Shown in pieces: positions 41,341 through 51,125 of a DNA stretch of 56,629 bases; the stretch's first letter is position 1; each line of letters begins with the position of its first letter. The stretch is from contig DAOTXB010000550.1 of the NCBI GenBank assembly GCA_034435575.1, positions 1 through 56,629 of the forward strand, read 5' to 3'. The stretch is from Anaerolineae bacterium. GTDB lineage: Bacteria > Chloroflexota > Anaerolineae > Aggregatilineales > Phototrophicaceae. The notes under the pieces were generated by a model. The model was not told where the DNA came from. It did no database searches and worked only from the letters and a program-made list of their open reading frames with translations. The position numbers and the translations under genes are program-made.

Positions 41341-42123
41341 TCACAAACGTGCGATCTCGTCTTCAATATATTGTTTGACAGTTTCTATTCCAACTGATGG
41401 AAACGATGATAAATGTGAAAACGATACCTGCATCAACGCTAAAAGTTGAGTACAAGCCTGCGGAACAGGTTGCAATAAAATATTATTTAGCGATGCCCCG
41501 ATTTCAGGAAATGCGCTTTCAAAACGACGATATGCGTCCAAGTTATCGAGTTTTGCACCATCATTAGGCTCAGAATAATTTGCAAACAACGGCAAAATAT
41601 CAGCCAGCGCATATTGCTTGACAAACACATGCCCACTTAAGTGTTCACCGCGCAGATAACGTCCTATGCCAACTACCAGATGGGCTAAAAACTGCCCCCA
41701 ATAATAGTCGTCAGTGCGCGGAGTTACATGACGGCTTATCTTTTCGATTTTTTCAAACGTCTCGCCAATACTCGCTTTATCTAGCAATACAGCATAGTCG
41801 TTGACGCGTGCTAGTAGCAATTCTTCGGCATCAAACACCGCAAACTCAAGCACATGCGCGTCATCATAGATGACCTTTAACCCGTGATCTGTCTCTTGAT
41901 AGGCAATTACGATACGCTCATGATGGGGTAACCATTGCAGATTTTCACGAAATGTTTGTTGCATACCTGCTTCAACAATCGCAAAAAAATCGTAATCTGA
42001 CCACCGATCTCTCCGCGAAAGATTCGCCATAGAGCCAAGAGCGACCAACCCGATCACCCGTGAGTCTCCCGTCAAATTTTGGATAAGCTGTTTGGTGAAT
42101 TTTTGATAATTGATTTCATCCAT
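41341..42123 (-). CDS. nucleotidyltransferase-fold protein (ANT(6)/aminoglycoside adenylyltransferase-like)
   Basis: 260 aa with a GS-x10-D-x-D pattern (LGSMANLSRRDRWSDYDFF) and a helical C-terminal half. Confidence 0.45.
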   Translation of the reverse strand: MDEINYQKFTKQLIQNLTGDSRVIGLVALGSMANLSRRDRWSDYDFFAIVEAGMQQTFRENLQWLPHHERIVIAYQETDHGLKVIYDDAHVLEFAVFDAEELLLARVNDYAVLLDKASIGETFEKIEKISRHVTPRTDDYYWGQFLAHLVVGIGRYLRGEHLSGHVFVKQYALADILPLFANYSEPNDGAKLDNLDAYRRFESAFPEIGASLNNILLQPVPQACTQLLALMQVSFSHLSSFPSVGIETVKQYIEDEIARL

Positions 42124-42295
42124 TTTATCCTCCGCCGGTTTACCTAATACGCAAATAGCTGATCAGTCTGTGTTAAACAGTTATACAATATCTTTGACTT
42201 TAGCATCTGTGAATGTTTATGGAATGTTTTACGCCTTTGAATAGAGATGAAATAGTAATTCATACTCACCTGTTATTCACAAGGTATATTCGAAT

Positions 42296-42529
42296 ATGAT
42301 ATACTTCCGCACCATGTTAAATAATGACTTTACATTCACAAAACGACAACTTGGCATTTTTCTGTTATTGATCGGTGTGCTTGGCTTCAGCACGATATTC
42401 GCTATCGACCTGATTGATGTCGGGCGCGAAGGTGGTATAGGTCCCGTCCAGCGAGTGGCGCTTGGGGTTATGTTGATGTCCATCGTAGTCGGTTTAAGCC
42501 TGCTCCCGCTTGGAAATGATCCGGCATAA
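42296..42529 (+). CDS. small two-TM membrane protein
   Basis: 77 aa with two hydrophobic helices. Lies 3 nt upstream of the large membrane protein gene. Confidence 0.5.
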   Translation: MIYFRTMLNNDFTFTKRQLGIFLLLIGVLGFSTIFAIDLIDVGREGGIGPVQRVALGVMLMSIVVGLSLLPLGNDPA

Positions 42530-42532
42530 CTT

Positions 42533-44221
42533 ATGAATGCAACTGCCATGACACCTACTTCAGATACACTCACGCAGAACACCCTGATTGTCAATATACA
42601 CCGCGCCTTACTTGCTATCGTAGCAGTGCTTTTGCTGTTCCAATGTGCTGTATATGTAGTCTACGCCGTCAATCTTATCAACTTCCCCTTTGACTACGAT
42701 CAGGGTGAAGGCTTTGAACTTGTTGATGTCATGATGTTCAGTGAGGGTGAATTCCCCTATGCGGATATTGAAACATACCCGTTTTATGGCAGTATCTACC
42801 CGCCACTTTATCATGTGTTGCTTGTGCCGTTTGCATGGTTGTTCGGTGCAGAATATTGGTATGGACGCTTATTCAGCTTTTTAACTACGCTTATCAGTGC
42901 TTGGGCGATAAGCACAGCAGTCTATCGAGAAGGTAAAAATCGTCCAATCGCGATAATTTCCGGTTTAGCATTCTTATCGTCAGCCATCGTGTATCACATC
43001 GGCCCATTGTTCCGTCAGCATATTTCTATGGTCATGTTTGAGATGCTAGCTGTGCTTGTACTGGCGCACACCAACGAAATTGAAGACACTAAAAAACGTC
43101 GACAACGATTAGCCCTAGGGTTTGGACTTCTTCTCGCGGCAGGCTACACTAAACAACTTGCCGCTTTCACTGCACTCGCCGCAATTGCATTTATCTTCAT
43201 TCGCAATCCACGTCGTGCAATGGTATGGGGTGCCGGTTTTACAGTAGTCGGTGCAGGAATTTTTATCGGACTAACAATAGGTACTAGTGGTCATTGGTGG
43301 ACACAAACCATTGTTGCTAATGTCAAGGATTTCTTCCCCCAACAAGCAATCGGCTTATTGCGTGTGTGGTTCGTACAACACGCATTTTTGATTATCCCCG
43401 CCTCACTTTACGTGCTCTATGAGATCTACTTCTCGCGGATTTCTATCTACAGCCTATGGTTTATCGCAGTGACGGTCTTTAGTGCAATGTCAGCAGGAAC
43501 ATGGGGCGCGGGTGATAGCTATTACGCAACATCTATTGCCGCCTTGTGCGTCTTGAGTGGCATATTCGCTTCACGGACGCTCAATCGATCGTGGACATTC
43601 AACGAGAATCCGTTATCACACCTCATCATCATCCCATTTAAGCGATTCTCACCACAGTTGGGCGTAGTTGGATTAATCGTTATACCAATGTTTTATATGG
43701 GCTATGTAGCGTCTGTGTTCCATATGCCTACACACGGCGCAGTGTTCACACAGATTGCAGATATTTTAGACATTGAAGACAATACAGGACGACAATTTTA
43801 TGATCCTGACGGCTACACAACCCTAGCTTATGCACAGATAGGTCATCTTACGACACAGGAGGATATTGACGGAGGAAATTACATTGTTGAACTTATCAAT
43901 GAAATACCAAATACTACCCCGGTTCTAAGTGAAGAAGCCGCCTTCAGCTTACTTACAGAGCGCGATGTACTTACAAATCCAGTCGTGTTAATGATTCTGT
44001 CATGGGTCAACGCGTTTGATAGTAGTGAACTTGTGGATATGGTACGCAATCAAGAATTTGGTCTAATTGTGCTACGTGCACAGTTCTACCCAACCGAAGT
44101 ATTGCTGGCAATCACCGAATTTTATGAAGAGGATGAACGCGTCGCAATGAATGGCTTCAGCTATATGATTCTAAGACCACGTCCATTACAAACTTATCAT
44201 AACAACAGCACAGCAAATTAA
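42533..44221 (+). CDS. polytopic membrane protein, GT-C-fold glycosyltransferase-like (ArnT/PMT family resemblance)
   Basis: 562 aa with more than 10 hydrophobic segments and an acidic first-loop motif FDYDQGEGFE. The family call is tentative. Confidence 0.45.
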   Translation: MNATAMTPTSDTLTQNTLIVNIHRALLAIVAVLLLFQCAVYVVYAVNLINFPFDYDQGEGFELVDVMMFSEGEFPYADIETYPFYGSIYPPLYHVLLVPFAWLFGAEYWYGRLFSFLTTLISAWAISTAVYREGKNRPIAIISGLAFLSSAIVYHIGPLFRQHISMVMFEMLAVLVLAHTNEIEDTKKRRQRLALGFGLLLAAGYTKQLAAFTALAAIAFIFIRNPRRAMVWGAGFTVVGAGIFIGLTIGTSGHWWTQTIVANVKDFFPQQAIGLLRVWFVQHAFLIIPASLYVLYEIYFSRISIYSLWFIAVTVFSAMSAGTWGAGDSYYATSIAALCVLSGIFASRTLNRSWTFNENPLSHLIIIPFKRFSPQLGVVGLIVIPMFYMGYVASVFHMPTHGAVFTQIADILDIEDNTGRQFYDPDGYTTLAYAQIGHLTTQEDIDGGNYIVELINEIPNTTPVLSEEAAFSLLTERDVLTNPVVLMILSWVNAFDSSELVDMVRNQEFGLIVLRAQFYPTEVLLAITEFYEEDERVAMNGFSYMILRPRPLQTYHNNSTAN

Positions 44222-45513
44222 TCCTCAAGTTGATTAAATCCTGCAAGCCGACGTGACGTAGAATTTAACCCCATTGGACGACGTTGCATCAGAAAGTCTT
44301 TGTCAGCTTTCATCTGAGTATTCAGGCTCGCGACTGATTTCTCTAACATCGCTAGCGTAACTTCAGTTTTATGATCGTGTGCCGCCAACATACGCGCCTG
44401 TAGCGCAACCTCACGTACAAATGCGCCGGGTTGGTGGACTAAATGGACGGCAACTGCACTATGATCGTCACGCCAATGCTCGCTCATATAATGTTTCAAC
44501 ATATCACTGGCTTGTTGTTCATCTTGAATAGTCGGGATAACAAAAATTCGATCCAATCGTCCGGGGCGTTTGACGATGCGTTCGTCAATTGCCTCAGGAT
44601 AATTTGTTGTCGACAATAACAGCGATCCTTGAGGATTATTCGGTGATTCTACACCATCTAAAACGTTCAAAATACGTGCTTTGTCATCACCACGTAGATA
44701 CGCATCCAATTCTTCAACAACTAACAAAGTCGGATATTTTGCCGCCGCCACCGCCTGAAAAGCGCGTTGAATCTTTTCAAACGACGCGCCATCACGGTCA
44801 GAACCAGATACATATACAACGATACGTTTTCGCTCTATCGCCAGTTTTGCCATCGCCGCACATAGCATAGTCTTGCCAGTACCCGGTACGCCAGCAAGTA
44901 ATAATTTCCGAAATGGCGCGAGTTTCAATTGCTTGTAAATATCTACACCCTGCTCAAAAAACGCTTCAACATCATCAAAAATCTGTTGTTTTAAGTCAAG
45001 CGGTAAAATGACATCATCCCATTCAACCGTAGGATCAAAAAAGGCATCCGTACCGCCGATAATATACACATCGCGACGACGACGAATACGCGGGCGCACC
45101 GCACGCGCACAGGCAAATTCAAACGCCGCCCACGTTTCGAGTTTGTCTTCAGGGACAAGCGCAATAGCCGTCAAATCCTGTACATCATCATCAAAATAGG
45201 AACTCGCATAAATAACTTCAAATGACTCATCATTTTCATCTGTGAACTGAAATGCATATGCGCCCGATGTTGCGGTGAGCACCATTTTGCTACCACGTGA
45301 GCCATAGTCACTGATTGGCACAATTAAGGAGCAATCGAGGATTTCTATGCCCTGATACCGGCATTTTCCGCGCAAACGACGACCCGGTTTTACCTGTCGC
45401 TGGGCAATTTTATTGCTACACTCAGCTGATGCCCAGATTGTCACAGATTTATGATCTGACCATCGTTCGTCCCAGATACTTTTCGCCCACTCTACGAGAC
45501 GTTCATACTGCAT
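44218..45513 (-). CDS. AAA+ ATPase (classic clade) with an uncharacterised roughly 190-aa N-terminal domain
   Basis: 431 aa. Has Walker A GVPGTGKT, Walker B LLVVEELD and second-region-of-homology-like KRPGRLDR. Confidence 0.8.
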   Translation of the reverse strand: MQYERLVEWAKSIWDERWSDHKSVTIWASAECSNKIAQRQVKPGRRLRGKCRYQGIEILDCSLIVPISDYGSRGSKMVLTATSGAYAFQFTDENDESFEVIYASSYFDDDVQDLTAIALVPEDKLETWAAFEFACARAVRPRIRRRRDVYIIGGTDAFFDPTVEWDDVILPLDLKQQIFDDVEAFFEQGVDIYKQLKLAPFRKLLLAGVPGTGKTMLCAAMAKLAIERKRIVVYVSGSDRDGASFEKIQRAFQAVAAAKYPTLLVVEELDAYLRGDDKARILNVLDGVESPNNPQGSLLLSTTNYPEAIDERIVKRPGRLDRIFVIPTIQDEQQASDMLKHYMSEHWRDDHSAVAVHLVHQPGAFVREVALQARMLAAHDHKTEVTLAMLEKSVASLNTQMKADKDFLMQRRPMGLNSTSRRLAGFNQLED

Positions 45514-45548
45514 AAAGATTTATTCCTCGACTTTAGCTATGCACTAAC

Positions 45549-45574
45549 ATGACATAATTGTCTGATTATGTCAT
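45549..45574. repeat. perfect inverted repeat ATGACATAAT-6 nt-ATTATGTCAT (candidate operator)
   Basis: Read directly in the AT-rich divergent region between the AAA+ gene and the HDAC gene. Confidence 0.9.
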
Positions 45575-45845
45575 TACCATAAGATATGTTTAAATTGCCG
45601 CATATTAATTGTTTTTATATGTTGACTTTAGCGTAACACACTTAAAGATATGTTACCTTTATCTATGTAGAACTTCGCACTGAAAGCACAATTATAGAGC
45701 ACAATACGCCAATACCAAATTCAATTGCTGAAAACGCGGATCATAAATAAACGTATTGTGACAGATAACAAATATCAACATGATTCAGTGAAAAATATAG
45801 CATCAACTGTTTTATCGAGTTAAACACAGAGATAAGGGGAAACGG

Positions 45846-46874
45846 ATGACAACTGTCTTAGCAACGCACGAGCGCTATGTCGAACACGACTTGCAGGGTC
45901 ATCCCGAACATGCTGGTCGTATTCGTGCCATATGGGAACGGCTAAAAGTATCTGGCTTGACAGAGCAGATGGAACAAATCACGCCACAAATGGTTACTGA
46001 TGAGCAAATCCTCGCCGTACATACACAAAGATATCTTGAAGCATTTAACCTAGTTGCTCATGAACAAGGTATGGTACGTTTCGACTCAGATACCTATGCA
46101 TTCCCTGAATCGCCAGAAATTGCACGCTTATCTGCCGGAGGGGTGGTCGCAGTTGTCGACGCAATTCTAAACGATGAAGCCAATAATGGTCTCGCGCTTG
46201 TGCGCCCTCCCGGACATCATGCAATCCCAACACGGGCGATGGGCTTCTGCTTACTCGGCAATATTGCAATTGGTGCAAAACATGCGATTAACGCGCATAA
46301 ATTGCGTCACGTAATGATCGTCGATTTTGATGTGCATCATGGCAATGGCACACAGGACATGCTTTATGGTGATGACAACGTATTATTCATTTCCTTGCAT
46401 CAATATCCATTTTATCCCGGTTCGGGTGGAATCAATGAAACAGGGAAAGGTCGGGGGCGTGGTTTTACCCTCAACATCCCTCTAAAAAACGGACATGGCG
46501 ACAACAATTATGCGAGGCTGTTTGAGGAAATAATCTGGGAACGTGCCCGTGAATTTGAGCCAGACATTATCATGGTATCAGCAGGCTTTGATGCACATTG
46601 GATCGACCCACTTGCGTCCATGAACTTAAGTCTGACAGGATATGCACACATTACCCAACAGCTCATTGATATGGCGGAAGAATTTTGTGATGGGAAAATC
46701 GCTTTTGTGCTCGAAGGTGGATATGATCTTCAAGCGCTAAGTTATGGCATCGCGAACGTCGCGCATGCACTCATCAATGATGGTAAAATAGACGACCCAC
46801 TGGGAACGAAAAACAGCTCTGAACCAGACATTGAGCCACTTATACATCAATTAAAGAAACTACATAAGCTATGA
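45846..46874 (+). CDS. histone-deacetylase-family protein (AcuC / acetylpolyamine amidohydrolase-like)
   Basis: 342 aa. Has RPPGHHA and DFDVHHGNGTQ. Confidence 0.88.
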   Translation: MTTVLATHERYVEHDLQGHPEHAGRIRAIWERLKVSGLTEQMEQITPQMVTDEQILAVHTQRYLEAFNLVAHEQGMVRFDSDTYAFPESPEIARLSAGGVVAVVDAILNDEANNGLALVRPPGHHAIPTRAMGFCLLGNIAIGAKHAINAHKLRHVMIVDFDVHHGNGTQDMLYGDDNVLFISLHQYPFYPGSGGINETGKGRGRGFTLNIPLKNGHGDNNYARLFEEIIWERAREFEPDIIMVSAGFDAHWIDPLASMNLSLTGYAHITQQLIDMAEEFCDGKIAFVLEGGYDLQALSYGIANVAHALINDGKIDDPLGTKNSSEPDIEPLIHQLKKLHKL

Positions 46875-47300
46875 TGATGATGGCTTATCTTCCAGTTTGC
46901 GTAACACTACCAAGACAACCCAAACAATTAAGGTGGTGGCAATCGCCAATAGCCATGCCCCAACGCCCACCGTCATCCCAATGGCGGCGGTTGTCCATAT
47001 ACTTGCGGCAGTGGTTAAATTCTTGACACTATCACGCTTCACAAAAATTACGCCAGCGCCTACAAAACCGATTCCCGTTACAACCTGCGCGGCAACACGG
47101 GAGGTATCCGCGGCACCGAAACCATGTATTGAGAGTAAAGTAAACAGGGTTGCACCTACGCTTACCAGCATATGTGTTCGCAACCCTGCCGTAGCGCCCT
47201 TGTTTTCCTTTTTACGCTCACGATCCAGACCGATTATTGCGCTCAATAAACAGGACAATAAAATGTTGAAGATAAAAATAACCTGCATATGTAACGACAT
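46869..47300 (-). CDS. MgtC/SapB-family membrane protein (short form, membrane domain only)
   Basis: 143 aa. Has GLDRERKKE..AGLRTHMLV and four or five TM helices. Confidence 0.8.
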   Translation of the reverse strand: MSLHMQVIFIFNILLSCLLSAIIGLDRERKKENKGATAGLRTHMLVSVGATLFTLLSIHGFGAADTSRVAAQVVTGIGFVGAGVIFVKRDSVKNLTTAASIWTTAAIGMTVGVGAWLLAIATTLIVWVVLVVLRKLEDKPSSS

Positions 47301-47313
47301 TATGACCCACTAA

Positions 47314-49098
47314 CTACACACCTTTTATACCATCACGCAGTGTTTCAATCCGACGCTTGAAGTTATCCATTTTAGTCTTTTGCTCCGCATAGCGTTTAGC
47401 GAGCACATCCAACCGACTAAAAATTGGCGTTAAAACCTGATTACCGTACTGCGACAAACGATCTCGCTCTTTTTTCGTCAAGTCATTAAGCGCAGAGTGA
47501 TACGATTCCATTAAACGATCTACACGTTGATTGAACTCCCGTTTAGTATCGTTTGTAATGCCTTGATAATAGCGTACAAGACGATACCCACCATATGCGG
47601 CAAACGGTGCCGCAAGTGCAAATGCCGGTAACGCAAGAACCGCCGCCCCTGCGCCGATCAAAGGACCGGGTGCGGCTATGGCAACTAGCATAGCAACAAG
47701 ACTGCCTATGGTCGCCACCGACCATAAACGAAAGCCGCTCGCATTAGATTCAAATACCTGCTGAATTTCGTCGACGACACGCCCGGTAGAATATGATTTA
47801 AGTTCTGCCTCCGCGATCCGAATAGCATCCTGCAATGTCTCGCGTTGTTCGGCGTATACATCGGCATCTAAACCACCGCTAAACTCCTGCTCAAGCAGTT
47901 CCTGCAATTTATTCAGCCGATCAATCACACCACGCCAATATAAACGGCTATGATCAACCACAGCATTTACATAACCGCCCGCCGCATCGTTAATGTCACG
48001 CAAAGAACGACCGATAACCACATCCTGAAACTCAGCTTGCAGTTTATCCTTGCTGATACTACTCGCCACTTTACGTATAGAGAGATTTGAATCAATAAAG
48101 TTCAAACCTCGTTGACGCATCCCGACAAATACTTTATCCACTTCCGCACGAGCGTCAGTAAGTTGTGCATCTAAGCCGAGTGATTGGCTTTGTAGTTCTT
48201 GCTGTACCTCGCGTACTTTGGTCGTATCTGAATTTACGAGATCGGCATTTTTAGTAATTGTATCCGCATATTTCTTGACCACACTTTCCGCCATATCCAA
48301 TTGCGCGAGCAATTTTTGCTTGGCGGGAGGGGTTTCTGCAAATACACCACGCAAATGGGCACGCACAGCGTCCATGCCACCTGATTTGCCCGTTCCTGCC
48401 GGATCAGACATTGCTGATTCGAGTGCTTCTTTGGCAGATACCATGAACAGCAGAGGCTGTAAATTCAGATGCTCTTTCACCTGTTGCTCGATAAAACGCC
48501 GTACCTGTGCCTGTTCCCCGGCATCAAGTAAATCAGATTGATTCACAACCAAGATCAGTTTTTTGCCGAAATCACGCGCTGTTTCCATGTAGATTCGCTC
48601 TGTTTCCGCAAAAGCACGTTTTGCTGAAAGCAGAAATATCACTAGATCACTACGATGCAAAAAGTCCTTTGCGACGGTTTCATGTTGCTTAAAGACCGAC
48701 CCGGTTCCGGGTGTATCGACAATTGCAACGCCTTCTGCACCGGTGTTCGGGTGCCCCCACTCACGCAGGCTATCACCCTTCATATTTGGTTTACGGTCTG
48801 GCGTTTCGTTATAGCGAACAAGTTCGATCACTTCTGTTGTAGGCGTGATTCCTGTAGGAAGTAATTGTTCACCGAGCAACGCATTAACAAACGTAGATTT
48901 GCCTGCATTGAACTCACCGATAATGACAACAAGAAAGAACATATCCCGCAAATCTTGTGCAACATCGGCAAGTCGCTTACGATCCTCTTCGGTAACATCG
49001 CCTGTTTCTGCCAGAGTGGTGGCAATATCGGTCAGTAAATCGACCTCCGCCTCCCGAAGCGCCGCCAATGGTCCTTGTAAAGTTGTTGAATTGACCAT
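47314..49098 (-). CDS. bacterial dynamin-like GTPase (BDLP) 1
   Basis: 594 aa. Has G1 GEFNAGKST, G3 DTPG and G4 NQSD, long helical stalk regions, and a hydrophobic paddle/hairpin (VATIGSLVAMLVAIAAPGPLIGAGAAVLALPAFALAAPF). Confidence 0.82.
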   Translation of the reverse strand: MVNSTTLQGPLAALREAEVDLLTDIATTLAETGDVTEEDRKRLADVAQDLRDMFFLVVIIGEFNAGKSTFVNALLGEQLLPTGITPTTEVIELVRYNETPDRKPNMKGDSLREWGHPNTGAEGVAIVDTPGTGSVFKQHETVAKDFLHRSDLVIFLLSAKRAFAETERIYMETARDFGKKLILVVNQSDLLDAGEQAQVRRFIEQQVKEHLNLQPLLFMVSAKEALESAMSDPAGTGKSGGMDAVRAHLRGVFAETPPAKQKLLAQLDMAESVVKKYADTITKNADLVNSDTTKVREVQQELQSQSLGLDAQLTDARAEVDKVFVGMRQRGLNFIDSNLSIRKVASSISKDKLQAEFQDVVIGRSLRDINDAAGGYVNAVVDHSRLYWRGVIDRLNKLQELLEQEFSGGLDADVYAEQRETLQDAIRIAEAELKSYSTGRVVDEIQQVFESNASGFRLWSVATIGSLVAMLVAIAAPGPLIGAGAAVLALPAFALAAPFAAYGGYRLVRYYQGITNDTKREFNQRVDRLMESYHSALNDLTKKERDRLSQYGNQVLTPIFSRLDVLAKRYAEQKTKMDNFKRRIETLRDGIKGV

Positions 49099-49109
49099 AT
49101 ATGTTTACT

Positions 49110-50957
49110 TTATCCTCGCATTCCCAATAGATTGCGCTTTCCCAATTTACTCAGGTCGCTTTCAATACCGATCATCTCTTGCTGTGCATCTTGTAATTGG
49201 TTCAGCTGATCGGTCTGAATCTTTGTCTGCGCTTCGACCAAACGCGTCAATGGGGCAACCACATCACGTCGTAATTTCATTCCATACTCGATCTGTTGAT
49301 CTGCGGCATCTGTCAAGGTATCAATATAATTGGCTTCAATCGTGTGCATCCGATTTGCATGTTGTACTTTCAAAAAATGCCCCATAACAGGCATTAACAG
49401 CATGCCGACCATCCCAAACGCAATTAATAAAATGAGGATGATCACTGTATTGCCATCAGTTACTCCACCGCCGATAAGTAACGCTAGCGTACCGGCTATC
49501 GCTAGCACTTCCCAGAGTGCCAATGCGAATAGCACATTCTTCAAACTACGGTCTAATGTTGCAGTCTCTAACTTAAGCGCATCATCTTCAATAACTTCTA
49601 GCTTTGGTCGTAAGGATTGCATAATTGATCGATCATACCGTGTGGGCGAATGAATATCGCCAATGATTTTCGTGCGAATATTCTCTGGTAATGATTTGAT
49701 CTCTGACTGAGCATATTTCACAAGATCATCAACATCATGCATGTCTTTACCTTCTAGGCGTGGCGGGAGCTTATCAACAACCTCTGGTAATTGTCGTATT
49801 GGTTCAAATACGTTGTGTTTCTCAAATGCCAAACGGGTATAAGAGTAAGAATTTCCTCGTCGGAACAACCGAGCAAGTCCGATTAACTCGGTAAAACCGC
49901 GCCACACTGAACTTAGCGCATTAGAAAGTTGGAAAATTTCATGGATTGCTTGCTCTCCACGCGTGATTGTTTCTTCAAATTGACTACGCACCGCCTCCGT
50001 AGATTCACGGACAATTTTCTCCTGCTCGCGTTTATAAGAGGCTAATTGTTGTTCAACATTCTCGGTAATGCTTTGATATTGGTCAAGCACAGACTGATTT
50101 GCTTGCACCGCCTCTAACGCAACTTGATTAACATTTTGAATAATCTGAAGTGGCGTTTGTAGTTTTTGCTTCATCCGCTCCACATCACCAAGTTGTGTCT
50201 CAATATAATGTTCAATCTTCTGCAAACCACTCTCAGCCCATAAACTTTCGTCCAACGTATCGCCTTGATGTGCCTGCAAGCCTTTTTTAGCAGACACTAG
50301 CCATACATCTGGTTGATACCCCAAACGATCTTCACTTTGATTGGTTACATAATCAACAACCGTTTGACGATCTTCTTCGCTTAACAAATCGGCTTGATTA
50401 ATCAGAATAATGACTTTCTTACCATAGCCACGCAACAATTGTATATATTCTAAATTACGTGATGTCATCGCCTGAGTTGCAAGCATGACAAGCAAGACAA
50501 CATCACTACGATGCAAAAACTTCTTCGTCGTTTCTTCATGTTTCTGGAAAATTGATTCTAGTCCCGGTGTATCAACAAAACTCACCTTTTTAAGGAGTGC
50601 CGATGGATAAAAGACGGTATCAACCTGACTGCCAGAATCCATCCGTTGCTCGCCATCTGCCCAGCGCAAGATATTGATGCGGTCTGTTGTAGGTACAGGA
50701 CCGACACGCAACAGATCTGATTTCCCGAGGATCGCGTTAATCAGGCTAGACTTACCAGAACTAAACGGACCAACAAACACCATCAAAAATGGATGATCGG
50801 CATGAAAGAGTGCATCACGCACCTGTACCACCCGCGATTGATCAAGATTGTCGATCTTCGGTAGCAGAGTCAACAAATTTGAAATAAGCTCATATTCGCG
50901 ACGGCGCAGAGCTTCATAGGTCGTTGCCAGCCGTGTATCTTGATTTTCAGTGGTCAA
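49110..50957 (-). CDS. bacterial dynamin-like GTPase (BDLP) 2
   Basis: 615 aa. Has G1 GPFSSGKSS, G3 DTPG and G4 NQAD, and a hydrophobic hairpin (LFALALWEVLAIAGTLALLIGGG..IILILLIAFGMVGMLLMPV). TTG start. Confidence 0.82.
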   Translation of the reverse strand: MTTENQDTRLATTYEALRRREYELISNLLTLLPKIDNLDQSRVVQVRDALFHADHPFLMVFVGPFSSGKSSLINAILGKSDLLRVGPVPTTDRINILRWADGEQRMDSGSQVDTVFYPSALLKKVSFVDTPGLESIFQKHEETTKKFLHRSDVVLLVMLATQAMTSRNLEYIQLLRGYGKKVIILINQADLLSEEDRQTVVDYVTNQSEDRLGYQPDVWLVSAKKGLQAHQGDTLDESLWAESGLQKIEHYIETQLGDVERMKQKLQTPLQIIQNVNQVALEAVQANQSVLDQYQSITENVEQQLASYKREQEKIVRESTEAVRSQFEETITRGEQAIHEIFQLSNALSSVWRGFTELIGLARLFRRGNSYSYTRLAFEKHNVFEPIRQLPEVVDKLPPRLEGKDMHDVDDLVKYAQSEIKSLPENIRTKIIGDIHSPTRYDRSIMQSLRPKLEVIEDDALKLETATLDRSLKNVLFALALWEVLAIAGTLALLIGGGVTDGNTVIILILLIAFGMVGMLLMPVMGHFLKVQHANRMHTIEANYIDTLTDAADQQIEYGMKLRRDVVAPLTRLVEAQTKIQTDQLNQLQDAQQEMIGIESDLSKLGKRNLLGMRG

Positions 50958-51125
50958 TTTTTACCAACCTAGTCTAAAATAAACACAAAATACAATTACA
51001 GCATATCGCGCTTGGAGCAACGATACAATACTCTAACTACAGATATGCTTTCATAAAAAACTCTATACGATTACAATAAAAAAAGCATAAACATTTACTA
51101 TATGCTAGGAAAATAGGCGGATAAT

